A DNA stretch of 53,621 nucleotides, filler included, from Bipalium vagum (taxonomy: Eukaryota): the NCBI GenBank assembly GCA_037834085.1. It is 3 parts of 3 records of this genome, joined end to end, with 100 filler letters (N's around TTAATTAATTAA, not from the genome) between each part and the next. Parts side by side here need not be neighbours in the genome. Positions count along the whole stretch, not along the records: positions 20,229 to 36,849 come from JBBMKC010102091.1; positions 36,950 to 53,621 come from JBBMKC010099259.1; 1 more part is not named here. The stretch is one strand, 5' to 3'. Position numbers and translations under genes: made by a program. This document shows positions 25,812 to 39,030 of this stretch, piece by piece. The first letter of the stretch is position 1. Every line of letters starts with the position of its first letter. The notes below the pieces were generated by a model. That model had not been told where the DNA came from. It did not search any database and saw nothing but the letters and a program-made list of their open reading frames with translations.

Positions 25812-27026
25812 AATTGAGTCTCAAAACTTGCTTAATTACAAAATGTGATATTCCTTCAACATTTGGCTGCCTTATTGTTACATAACAATTAATCTAAAAT
25901 AAATTTCTGTAATTTTTTTTAATGATCTTGTATTGTATGATATAATAATAAAAATCAATATCCTCAATATTTTATTATTTAAAGAATTATATAATACTTT
26001 TAACAATGTTTAATTTTATTACATACATTTATTTAAGGTTTAATTTCATATGATAATATAAGTTTGCTTTGATCCTTAAGAATCAATTTATTTAGTGATT
26101 CGAATATGTTTATTAATTGAAAGTTATTTTTGACTTTAAAAAATCAGTTTTATTTAAAAATTAAAAAGAAATATTAGTGTCAAAATTTACAATTGAAGAT
26201 CACCTTCATTTTATTATTCTTATTATTATAGGGTTAACAGAGCAAATTAACGAGACAGAATCTTTAAATTTAAAAAATTACAATTGGTATAAAACTTACA
26301 AGACCAGACAAGTTTTCTTTGAAGATGTTCTTTGTTGTCCCTTTCAAAACGAATATTCCATGTTAGAAGATCTGCTGTTCGTCAATTATAATGGGATTTC
26401 ATTGCGTTATTAAAAATATTTTACTTGTTTATAATGAAATTTTATTTTCAAAGAATTATATTTAGTACAAAAATTAATTTTAATTTTGAAATAAATTATT
26501 TCAAATTAGATTTAAATTTTGTTTTACTATATTAAATGATATAAAACATATAAATTCAAAATCAGTCGAATTTTTTAATTTAAAAATAAATATTTCAATA
26601 ATTAGAAATTAATGCCAATTCTGATTTTCATAATGATAATTTAACTTTCGATAATTCTTTACATGTTCAATTACTCAAATATTTTCAATGCAATTTATTC
26701 TATTTTCTGCAGGTTACCTTTTCACGAATGAATATTATTATGAATAATTGAAAGATTTTAAAGTTAAAACTACCGAAATTATATTTTTAAAAATTATGAA
26801 TAAGACGAAAAAATTCAGCATTATTTTATTGAATAACAAAAAATCAACTAATTTTTTTAAAATAACAATAGAAATTTAGTAATAACAAAAGCAAATATAT
26901 AGAAATTGTTTCATAAATGCGACTATTTTATCATTAAATACAATTGACGAGTTAAATTTAAATTATTTATATCTGAGATATTTACAAAAAATATTCATGT
27001 TAATTTTTTAATATTCACTGTTTTTT

Positions 27027-30000
27027 TTATCGAAGATACAAATGTTCCTTTGCACCACAATAACTTTTATTATCATCGCTATATCCGGCGAAAGATTCAA
27101 AATTTATGACATTTGAAATTTTGGCTTTGAATGCATCAAAAAGCATAGAATATTGTTCTTTCCATTGAGGAGGTTGGTTTCTTAGAATAACAACAGAATT
27201 CTAAAGTTTTATAATCAGAAATTAATTTAAATTTCCAAAAATAATACGGAATCAATGATGTGATAGATACGATGTAACCTCCGAAGTGTTGGGTTAAAAT
27301 CTATTACCATTTTAATATATTTTCTATTTTCAAAGAACTGGTCCACGCCAATATCTGTTTATTATAATAATAATTTCTTTAAAAATAAAAATAAAGAAAA
27401 AAAATTATTAACGAATCTTTGTGTTTTGATAAATAAAATGGTAAAAAATTTTGATTTGAAACTAAACATGACAGTTTTTGTTATTTATTATATATAACCA
27501 TTTATTGAATATTGCAGTAGAAATCATAATTATTAGTGAAAATAGGAAATACGATAGTTTTACATATTTCATTTTCCTGTGAATGGTTTTCATTGGTTAT
27601 GTGCTTTTGATTAGTATTTCACGACAGGAAATATTGTCCAAAAATTGTCGATGAAAAATTAATGTAGAGTTAGATGGCAATTGTGAGTGATGAAAGGTTA
27701 ATTTTTATAACTTGTTTTGCATTCCTTTTTTCACATACATTTTTTTTAATTGCAAACTTATTTTTTCGTTCACGACAGATAGTATTGCAAAAGTGATTAC
27801 AAAAGCACGATACTCTAACTCTCAGGTGATCTGAGCCTATCATACAATTTTCTGATATGATATACATTGCCTTGCATCAAAATATTAGATTCAAGGTTCA
27901 CATTGAAATAGAATTTCCTAAAAAAATACTTTTACGTACTAATTGATTTATTATTGTACAGGGTATTTTTTTTAAAAAAGCCGGAAAATTTTTCAGAATA
28001 TAGTGTTATTTTATTAGCATGTTATTTTAATTGTTTTAATTAATTATGTGATGTTAATTATTTTTAGTTATTTTCGATGTATTCCATTTTAGTATATCTA
28101 TTTTCATTTTCATAAATAGAAATATTTCATTATTTTAATAAAGTTAATTTTTGAATTTTCATCATGAATAACCGTTGGCCCATGCAAGATCGTGCAACAA
28201 TTGTAAAATAATATTTTTCAAATGGGGCGTCACCTACTTTTGTCCAAAGAGCATGGCTAATTAAATTTGGTAGGCAAAAAAAAAGTTTAAGAATGTTAAA
28301 AAATCAATAATTTTATCCATCGAGTTAAACAGACTGATAGTTTTGCAGATCTACCCAGGAATGAAACTGATGCATATGCTGTTCAAGTCCAGAATGACTT
28401 AATGAATAATCCTAATACTTATCTCCGAGGTTTCTCCAACTATCGATAAATCGAAATCTTTTTTGTATGAACTCGTTCGGCACATTCACAAACGTTTTCC
28501 ACACAAATTCCATTCATCTGGATTTGCAACCTAGTGATTTTCACTTGCGACTTTAGATGTTTGTAAACATTGAGAAAAATGATAACTTTCTCAATCATCT
28601 TAACTTTTCGGATAAGGCAAATTTCTGGTTAAGTGATTGTATGAAAGAAAATGTGAACAAGGGAAAATAAAGCATTACTGCAAGAAAATTTTTTTTCACC
28701 CTGAAAACTATAGAACGAAACCTAACAATGTTTGGTTTCAACAAAATTATACCATACCTTAAACAGAAAGCGTAGGCAAAAATGTACTGCAAATGACACA
28801 AAAATTCGTTGACCTGATTCAACTCCTCTGGATTTTTTCTTTTGGGACTTTCTTAAAGAAAAATTGTTTAATTCATCGTTTTTAACCATTTCCAATTTTT
28901 TTGAAAAAAACACCAATCAAATAGCTTACATTTCTTGTGAAATTTTTCAGAATGCGTTTCACAATTGTGAGGCTCGATTGCATGCGTGTATGTTCGGAAA
29001 GTCACTTCACTTTTTTATACCTATCTTTAAATCTTAATTTAAAGCACTTAAGTCATTTTAGAGGTTTCAAAAAAGTATTTTATGAAATAACTATATATAG
29101 GGTGGCCCGTATATAGATACCGCGCAGTCAAACCTTTACATTTGGTTAAGCAGCAAACATAAACATAAGTAAACTTTTAGAACAAATAACATTTATATTC
29201 AAAAACATTTTTATACAAAATTTAAACAGAAAGTGGTCCTTTTTCGGATCAAGTGCGTAATTTTTGTCGAAAGTGTTTAAACAAGGTTTTACCAGACTCA
29301 GCTGCAATTTCCTTAGAGATGCGTATCCAGATTCGTTTTATTTTTGGTATACTGTCAACTGGTTTATTCAGCATGTGATATATGTGCTTACAAAGTGCCC
29401 AGAAATTTTTCAATTGGGCGTAACTGTTGCACATTCGGCGGATTCTGTTCTTTAGAAACAAAGTTCTTTTTTCATTAGTCCCTAAAGAGTTTCAATATGA
29501 TAAAATTCAGCTGAATTTTTTTGTCATAATGATACCGTTCATTTTTTCTTGTGTAACCCACTAGAGGTTGATTTTAAGTTAGGGGTTTTTGGACCATCTT
29601 GTTGAAAGGTTAATGCGGCTTCAGCCATATCATTATTGATTGTCAAAAATTTTGGTTGTAAGAACATAAGGTCTAGTTTTCGTCCAGTGTTTTCCTTTCA
29701 ACTCATACAGCTCAAATCATCACTCATCACTATAAATTCAGTATTACCATCTTGTTGTTCTGTTTCCTCACACTATTTGACTAGTGCTACAAGGTTACAT
29801 TGATTGACCAATGTAACCAGATTGATTCCAGTTATTCAAATAGTGTTTGGACTCTTGCAGATCAATGATTTATTATTTCTTTTGCAAACCAAAGGATGTT
29901 TTTGGGCCATTTTTATGAGAAGTTAACTTAGTCTATACCGATCTAATTTTTAAATAATTTTTGAACCCATCCATTCTTCCTTTCTAACTATATTCTTTTT

Positions 30001-33000
30001 AAATTAGGAAATTTACTTTTAATTTAATTTCATTAAGAAATTTACATATTTATCCAGGGCTCTGATAAACTTTTTTCTAAAATATTTAATCTTGGAGATA
30101 TGTTCTTCATTTTGAATTTTCAATTTAAGAATATTATCAAATTATATCTTTATGAGATAAAATTTAAAATTGCAAATATCTTACCTAGTGATAAAATAAA
30201 ACCGACCAGATTCTTAAAATATTTAAACAACTTTAAAAATATTATATTGCAGAGGAAGGTAATTATCTGCATTTAGGGGGATGTATGTGCCGTCATCATA
30301 ATGGAATTGATTCTACCAAACACCACTGTTACCAAAAAACTCTACTGTGAGCAATGGGATCGTCTGAACATTAAAATCAAAGAACTTCGTCCACAAATTG
30401 ACAGTCAGATACCTCCATGACAAGGAACCAGCACACAGATAAAAAATGACCTCAAAAAATCTGAAAAGTTTGGATTCGGAAGTTCTGTCTCACTCACCGT
30501 ATAGTCCACACTAGGCGACAACTGACTATTATCTCTTTCGATCATTGCAAAACCAAATTGCCAATATGAAGTTCAATGATAATGAATATATAAAAGCTGA
30601 GCTTGAGACTTTATTCAATGAATAGCCGAAGTTATTTTATGTTCACATAATTGAAACTTTGGGCAAAAGTGGTGAGATGTGATTATCCAGAAGACTAATC
30701 TGTAATGGTTTTATAATAATTTTCAAAAATTTGCTATTTTGTAAAATGTCTAAATTTTTTTGTTACAATCTGATAATACTCAATTTTTTATTTTGATAAC
30801 TATAGTATAGTAAAACTAAATTTTAAATATTGAAAACCAATAAGAAAAGATTATAGTGAGATTCATACCATTTTCGTCCCACTTTATGATACTCAGACGA
30901 CTTTTCGCGAAGTATCTGTAGAAGAGTTCGTACACCTACAAAATAAATACATTTAAACTAACATTTCATCATAAGCTTGCTTTTTAAGAAATGACATTTC
31001 GGAAAAGAAAAGTGCATTTCATACTGATTTTTCTATACAATTAGTACAACTTTGAATATATCGATTACCCGACTAGTTTTGTGAGATTATTTTTATTAGT
31101 TTTCCAGCATTGAAATATTGACAAGACAATTGTTATATAAACGACAACTGATATTTTTATATGAAAATTGGATTGTATTAACTATTTTATTACATATTAC
31201 AAGTGAATATATTTGTTATTCACAATCATAAAAAAATTATGTTACGAAACTCACATATATGGTTTTCTGACATTAAACTTAGTAAAACCGAAATAATTGA
31301 AAAAAATTATTTATTTATTATTTTACAAAGAAAATTCTGATCAATCAATTATCATGTGAGATTATAATTGATAAACAATAGGAGATCCAGGCTTGAACTT
31401 TTAAATTAAAATATCTACTGATGTGGAAAAGATGAGTTTTTGTACTGTTTTACAATTGAATAAATAAATTAATTGAATGTACTTGTCCCTAATTTTCATT
31501 TTTTTATTTTAAATGATTTTATTCTTTAGTAATTTTTTAAAATAAAGGAAATAATTTTTCAAATTTTAGGACCTTATTTAAACATTATTAAAAATGATAT
31601 TAAAAATCAAAAACATTTATTTCTATATTTTTAAATAAATGAGTTGCGGTAAATTATAAATGAAAATTCTGACTCCATTGAATTTAATTAAAAATAAAAT
31701 TACATAAAAATTTACTAACTTTAATTAAAAGAAACGATTACCTTAAGGTAAAGTAAAAGAACTTGAAGTACCAATTAACAAAACAACATTCCAGTTTTCA
31801 AAGGTTTTAAAAATTAAAATGTGAAAATTCAAAATATTTTAAATGTAATTCGTTTTTTATTAATAAAAGTTAATTTAATAGTCATTTTATTATGTTTATG
31901 AATGTTATATATTTCATATATAATGATTTTCCAATACTATTACCACTTTTAAAGACTATGGTTATACATACAGTTAGAAAAGTGTAGAATTTATACTCTG
32001 GTCATATTAGAAAGATTTATAAATAGAATAGAAAATATAAAAATTAAAAATAAAATCAAGTGAAAAAGAAATATCATGTTTACCTGAAACAAATATGATT
32101 AATTCCATGTTTTAATCAAATTTATTGAATTTGAAGTCATTGGGTGAGTCTCCTGTGAAGTTCCTAACAAAAGAACAATTGTGAATAGAAAAAAGACCAG
32201 AAATGAAACTTAAATTTGCCATACTGATTAATTTTAAAAATTGAATAGATAAATAAAAGAAGTGAAACAGATCGAATTGATTAGTGCTAGATTAATATCA
32301 GTTAAATAAATATTTTTATGTAATTAACATTTTACATTATTCTATAAAACTTGTTTAAAAAATTCACCGATCCTTAATGTAGATTTACTATATTACTGCC
32401 TCATTAAAAATAAAAAAAAATCATTAAGCATTTATTCGTGTGTTCCATGTGATTTACTTATTTTGTTTATTTTAAGTATTAGAAAATATAAATAATGGGA
32501 AAAATTAATTTATTTTAATAAATATTTTTAAAAATTGACTAGAAATTTAAATTAATCTTATATAGTAAAACTCGAAAGAAAATTATAAAATAATATAAGA
32601 AGAAAATCATTTAATAAATAGAATGGAATACCAATTTAATAATTTCATACATCATTTAATAAACGATGAATTATTTTTAGAGAAATCATCCAATTTGTTC
32701 TTAAAATGTAGAAAACAACATATAATCTTATGAAATAATATTTATTTTACATGTTTGATTCACATACAAACTTTCTTTAATGCATATAGTGTCCAATTAA
32801 TGATGTTTTCACTATTTTCAGTTATTTTTTATTGTAAGAGTTATGTTTTGAAATTTCTCCTCTCAAGAAAATTAAAATTTTAAATAAAATTAAAGCTTAA
32901 ATTTATTTTTTTTTTAAAAATAATTTAAAATTTAAAGAATTTACACTTTAACTTTCTTTATAATTAAAAAATGTAAAAATAAATAAATAAAAACGTGGTT

Positions 33001-34865
33001 TTTAAACAGAAACTTTACAAAAAAAAATCTGAATGAACACATTTTAATTTCAAATTTTTTTTAAAAAACATTTTTATTTGATTTTAAATGAATAATTCTC
33101 AATGAAATCAATATTGAATTAAAATCAATTTGAATTAAATAGGTATGATTTAGTATTTGATAAAACAATTACATGATTCAAATTTTGAAAAAAATAATTT
33201 AATCTTGAATATTTTATTCAACAGAAATTTTTTTTATTGATTTGATAAGTTTAGCTTAATTAAAGTTTAATGAATTTAAGTTAAGGTGTAAACCCTGTAT
33301 TTATACAAAATCTTTTCAAGAACCAAAATAATTATTTATAAATTAATTTATCAATTATCTACAATTTTTCACTTTAATATAAAAAAAATGATAAAAATGA
33401 AAGTAAAATATAACAAATAATATCAATTATTTTTATAATTAATTAGTTTGCTGATATTTCTTTTAAAGCATTATAATGATAATATCACTATTTTCTATAA
33501 AGTTAATTTTATTAATCATTTAACCGGCAACTCTTTTAAATAAACTCAGCGAATTATTTAATCACTTTATAAATAGTTTTACAGCTAAATTTTGCTTTAA
33601 ACTGATAATTTAAAAAAATGATAAACTTTCCACTTAAAGATTCAGGAGTTTAGCAGGACATAACTAGAATGATTGTAGTTTTCGTATTACGTTATGCAAT
33701 TAAGTAAATCAATATTAATATTTTAAATTTTCATCGAAAATTAATCCTAACAAATAGAACCATAATTAAAAATTAAAGAAACACTTGATAAATTATGTAT
33801 TTAATTTCCAAAAAATCAATTTAAAATCAACCCATATCATTACAGGGTTATGCAGAAATATATAATGGAAATGTACACTAAATAAATTGTCTCGCCAAGG
33901 TTTTTCTATAAATTTGTAATTTTCTGTAAATTTGGTTTAATAGAAAACAGATGACAAAACAATGAAACCTGAAATTTTACTAGCAACCGTATAGCTGATA
34001 TTTTTGGCTGACTAAAACGGGATCAAATTTAAATAGAAAAATCGAATGTTTTCTATGTATTTCTGAATAATTTTCTAAATATTTCTGAATATTTTTCTAT
34101 ATATTTCTGAATATTTTTCTATATATTTTGAATAATTTTCTATATATTTTGGATATTTTTCTATATATTTTGAATAGAATTATATATATTTTTGCATAGA
34201 ATTATATATTGAATATTTTTCTATATATTTCTGCAAAAACCAGTAAAAAATGAAATTATTTTTGTTTAAACACCAAAATTATTAATTTGAAAATAAAATT
34301 GTTAATAAGAATCTTGAACAAAATCGTTAATTGAAATATGAATTTTAAATTGTTTGACAAAACACAATCTTCGTGTACTATTTAAAATATATAATTAAGG
34401 AATATTAAAATAATAATTTAATTATATTTTGGGATGAAAGATTGAAAATTATCACAAAGAATAAAAAAGAAAATGAAAAAAAATTTTCAAATTTATCTCA
34501 TTTATTTAAGTCATCTTACTGGAAACTACAAGCATAACACAATATCATCGTAAACTGTTATCAATTATTTATTAAAATTCTTAAATAAAAAATAAGTACA
34601 TTATCTGTGGCTACTATAATATTTTTGAAATAATTTAAATGATTCATTTCAAGATCTGACAAAACTTGTAGAATACTTTCGTAATTACCAATCATCATAA
34701 TTGATTCATTATCTAAATAAAAATAAACTCTAGTTAAATTGTAATACAATTATCACATCATCCATTTATAATAGTGAATTTCAAATTTTTAATATTATCT
34801 AACCTGCTTCACTTAGATGACTTAAGAAATGTGCAATCTCTATCACACAATATATTTCCATGTAA
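27027..34865 (-). CDS. multi-exon gene of unknown function (5' part uncertain)
   Basis: Phase-consistent GT-AG exons 34011-33969, 33923-33844, 30935-30869, 27354-27248 and 27200-27027 (stop), including 45- and 47-nt introns. Probable further exons near 34520-34554, 34600-34712 and 34804-34865. Confidence 0.6.
27959..28990 (+). mobile_element. degenerate rosa/DD41D-like (DUF4817 HTH) Tc1/mariner transposon, internally deleted
   Basis: Left end TA-CAGGGT. Motifs YFSNGASPTFVQRAWLIKFG, FLNHLNFSDKANFWLS (for FSDEAHFWLNG) and PDSTPLDFFLWDFLKEKLF (for PDLTPLDFFLWGYLK). Confidence 0.75.
28991..29060 (+). repeat. partial copy of the mariner-type MITE at 50913
   Basis: About 70 bp nearly identical to 50919-50988. 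Confidence 0.85.
29098..30030 (-). mobile_element. degenerate ITmD37E-like (Tc1/mariner superfamily) transposon
   Basis: Terminus TA-TAGGGTGGCCC. Minus strand reads VSKEQNPPNVQQLRPIEKF then (frameshift) FWAL, resembling NPPNxPQxRPIExxWA. The far boundary is uncertain. Confidence 0.65.
30250..30773 (+). mobile_element. mariner catalytic-domain/3' fragment
   Basis: RKVIICI*GD, ELILPNTTVTKKLYCEQWDRL, LHD, VLSHSPYSPH*ATTDYYLFRSLQN, and a TIR-like end. Confidence 0.8.
34049..34233. repeat. ~22-bp minisatellite
   Basis: About 8 degenerate copies of ATATTTTTCTATATATTTCTGA. Confidence 0.85.
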
Positions 34866-36849
34866 ATTTTAAGTATAGACACAAATCTTCTTATTAAATT
34901 ACTTTATATGGTATTTTAACCTATAAGTGTTTACATAAGAATTTTCCCTTCAAATAAGGAACACTTAGAGAAGTTTAATAATTGTAAAATAAATTTTAAA
35001 ACAAATTAATTATGTTCTATTAATTTTTATTTTGAAAGAATGTATATTGAAATTTAATTACTTTTTCTTATAACCTACATATTATTAACTTTTTATGAAC
35101 GAATATGAAATCAAATATTTTAATAAAATTAGTTAAATTAAAATATTTTGAATTTTTATTACCAATAATGAACTTGAAATATAAAGGAACAATACAAAGT
35201 CGTTTGCAATCACAATTTCAAAACAATTTAGAAATGCTAAATATTTTAATAACTGAATTAACTATACTGTTACCAACTAAAAATTATCATTTTTAAAGAT
35301 ATTTCAAAATGAAAATGAATAAAAAACCATTTAAGTCAATGTAATTACTCTGTAAAATGTATGATTATAACAAGTTTAAAAATCATCTCTACATTCTTAT
35401 TTTAATCTTTCAGCCCAATTCAATTTAAGTACTTTTCAATAAAAATGTAATCAAAACAAAGAAAATTATCACGAAAAAATTAGAATCATAAACTATCCCA
35501 TAATAAAACTTTATTAACATTAATATTGTTATTAATATAAAATACTTAAAAACTAAAATAATAAAAATGAGAGAATCTGACAAAATCAATAAAAACAAAA
35601 GCAAAAGAAAAACTCAGAAAAAATTAGAATTTATTTGGAAAGGTTTTGAGCATTATAGTGTAGAGACATAACTTCATTTTTTAAAATGTTGAACCAGTGA
35701 CTCAATGCTGGTTTTAAGTTTTGTAGTTCCTTTACAGAATTAATGATTTTTTTATATGGTATATCAAAACTATTGTCCTCTTTGATGTATAAAATTGTTT
35801 GGATTGCACCTCTTGCATTTTGGTTATCCTGTGTAAATTGACACAAGATGCTTTTCAACCATAAATATCAATATATCAAGGAACATTTGTATAAAAATGT
35901 TTAATTTGATTTTTGCTTTTTAATTTGTAAGTATTTTAATATTTTAACATTCTTAGGTACGAATTAGCATTCATTTTATTCAGTGATCGATTATCTTTTC
36001 TTATTGTTTATATTCTCTCATAAATGAAAATAAATGAATGCATAATTAAATTAAATAATATTGTCTTAAGTGTTTCTATAATATTAGATTGTAAAGAACT
36101 TAATGTCGGTTTTATGACTTCATTTTTCATTATGAATTGTTAAATGAAATTTTTTTTTATTAATATAAATTTTTATATCTTAAGGCAAAAACCTTTCAAA
36201 ATGTAAGTCAACAAAAAAATATAATAAAGAAAATTTTTTAAAACGAGATGAAAGACATCTAGATTAGTGCAGTGTTACACTCAAAATGTGTAACTTTAAA
36301 TCGGGTTTCTTAACTCTTCATTTTGTTGATCACTTACTAATTCAATTTAAATTACTCAAAAAATCTATCCATTGTTGATTCAAAACAATCACAAATAACT
36401 TTATCATATTACCGTGAATTTTGTAGAGTCATTGTAAACATTGTTATTGACGATTCGATTTTATTATTTGAGAAATTGTGGTTGTTACTTTGTTAATAAA
36501 GTGTTATTTCGTAGTTTTTTTGATTCATACATTTGCGTACACATTTTGACAAAAGTGAAGGGGTCAGTGAACTTTACAAGTTAAGCGTTACGACAGGGTT
36601 TACAGTAGATTAATAGTGTAACAAAATCAATGTGATCAAATAGTTGCTTAGATCACAGTACATGATGTTTAATTTAAATGCCCAATTTAATAAATAAATC
36701 ACGAAACAATCAATTATATTATGTAGAGACTCCCACCTTCGGACAAACCAATTCAATCAAGCCCCTCAAAACCTTCGATCCCAAAGCAATCCAAATTTTC
36801 AAAATAATAACATTATTGATTATTTAGTGATTCAGTTGTTGTATAAAAA

Positions 36850-36949
36850 NNNNNNNNNNNNNNNNNNNNNNNNNNNNNNNNNNNNNNNNNNNNTTAATTA
36901 ATTAANNNNNNNNNNNNNNNNNNNNNNNNNNNNNNNNNNNNNNNNNNNN
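36850..36949. other. artificial 100-bp scaffold linker
   Basis: N44-TTAATTAATTAA-N44, identical in design to 20129-20228. Confidence 0.97.
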
Positions 36950-37023
36950 ATAATGATAATAATGATAATAATGATAATAATGATAATAATGATAATAATG
37001 ATAATAATGATAATAATGATAAT
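36950..37023. repeat. (AATAATGAT)n repeat
   Basis: About 8 tandem 9-mers. Confidence 0.9.
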
Positions 37024-37829
37024 GAAATAATTATTAGGATTTAGTTAACAATAAAAATTAATATACAGGAATAACCCTCGTTTAAAATTACTTAAAAAGA
37101 AGAAGATATTCCTAAAAAGTAATTTTATTTTTAAAATGGGTAATTTAAAGATAGTAATAACAATTATAAATTAAACATGAAAAGCAAAGCGATAAATTTA
37201 GGAAATTTAAAGAATTTTGAAAGAGTTTTTAGGTTTTTGAAATTATTTTAAGAAAATCTGAATGTTTAACATTGCCCTAACAAGTCCATAAAATAGTATA
37301 AAAGGAGAAATATTTCCTCAGAATATAACTTCGGAACGTTCAAGAAAGTTATTATTAAACCAAGACTTTAGTCTTTACTATTCAACGAAGATTATTGACG
37401 AAGACTACAGACGTTTATTTTAGAAAGCTCTCAAATTTTGAAGACTTATTTATCAATTATTTTGTTATTATTATTATTTTTGTTATTATTATTATCAGGG
37501 GCTATCTGTGAGTAACCGTACTAGTTCAATTGTTAGTTCCGGAATATATACTGAAGACTAATTGTAAGATACCGTTTTATTTTCTTTTTAAATTTAAATT
37601 ATTATTATTTTAGTCATTGTGTTATTTCCTATTATTTAATTTTTATTTGATTAACATTTCTTTAAATTCATATTATGTGACAATTTGATAATTACATTTG
37701 TATTATCATTGTGATCATCATATTGATTTGAACGATTTAATGTTGCTATCATTGTTATTCGCACGTGATTTTGTGATATAAATACAAATTATTACTTTAC
37801 TAATTGTTGATTCGGAGTAAGGTTAACTT

Positions 37830-38640
37830 TGATACCATAAAAAATAAACAATTCTAAAGAAATTAAGAAAGTAGCATTAAATTTAAGAAAAGAAGAATGG
37901 ACACATGAAGAAATTGGAAAAAGTTTAGGATTAACAAAGTCTAGAGTTTAAAATTTAATAAATTATCGTTAAACATTATGGCGTAAAAGGGTGCAAGATC
38001 CAAATTGTTGGGTTCGCCAAGGTCAAACCCTAGCAAGGGTCTATACTGCTACTATTATAATCATAAATGTTTAATTAAAATGTATGATCTTCAGTTCCAA
38101 AAAACCTTATATATTATATTTTATATATTATATATATAAAACCAATATTATTTACAAAACAAAAATTCGAGAGAATTTCAAATATTTAATGGATATTACC
38201 AAATTTTATGAGAAAATACTGATTTTGTTGACGAGTAGTGGTTTTACTTAGAATGTTTGGATAGTTGGTAGTATATTAGTTAGGGTTGCACCACAATTTT
38301 TCTTTGTAATTTAAATAAATATATGTATCATAATATTAATATTTATAATATAGAATTTATGTATTATGTAAATTCTTACCTTTACTATAAGTTATAATAA
38401 AACTTTTAGACATATTTATATAATTATTTATAATAATTTGCTGATAAACTTTCAAGTTAATATTCGTAAATAGGAAAAATTATGTGAAAACGGATTACAA
38501 AGAAATTGTAATAAAAGGAAACTACTATAAAATTATAGACAAATTAAATGAATCTATTTAAAAGACCTGGAATCAAATTTTGACAAAATTAGGAAAAAAA
38601 TTGACAAAAAATTAGATAAACTTATTTTAATTGACTTATG
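37830..38640 (+). mobile_element. decayed Tc1/Tc3-like remnant
   Basis: HTH-like SKEIKKVALNLRKEEWTHEEIGKSLGLTKSRV and DFVDE*WFYLECLDSW (for FSDEKxFxLDGPD). Confidence 0.45.
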
Positions 38641-39030
38641 GAACCAGTTCAGGTATATATACTTTGTTCAAAAAAGGCTAACATCTAAATATCAATGTAG
38701 TTTGTGTCTTTAATAATATTAATACTATTTCAAGGTAATCAATAATATTGATCCTAACACCTGTAGTTTTTGAAATTCTACAATCAAGTTGTGAAACATT
38801 ATTTTTTGTTAAAAATAAGTTACTTAAATAAAGTTAAAAGTCAAAGTTGTGAAATCAATATAAAAGTACTACGATTGTAAGGAATTTATAAAATACTTAT
38901 TAATTAATTTTTCTAATGTTACTAGTGAATTGTTTTAATAATGGTTAATGTAGCAACCAGAATTTTAAAAATTTAATTAATTAACTTATGAGTTATAAAT
39001 TAATTGACTTTGTTAATTATTATGTATTAG

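Noticed and set aside
32084-32164. Minus-strand exon-like segment with AG/GT ends inside the orphan gene
   Set aside because: Stops in all three frames.
34049-34233. 22-bp repeat array considered as CRISPR-like
   Set aside because: Head-to-tail AT-rich minisatellite without unique spacers, in a eukaryotic context.
37978-38050. GC-rich patch with a GGGTT..AACCC-TAG hairpin, resembling a Helitron 3' end
   Set aside because: Only a 5-bp stem, no second copy in the window and no 5' end found.
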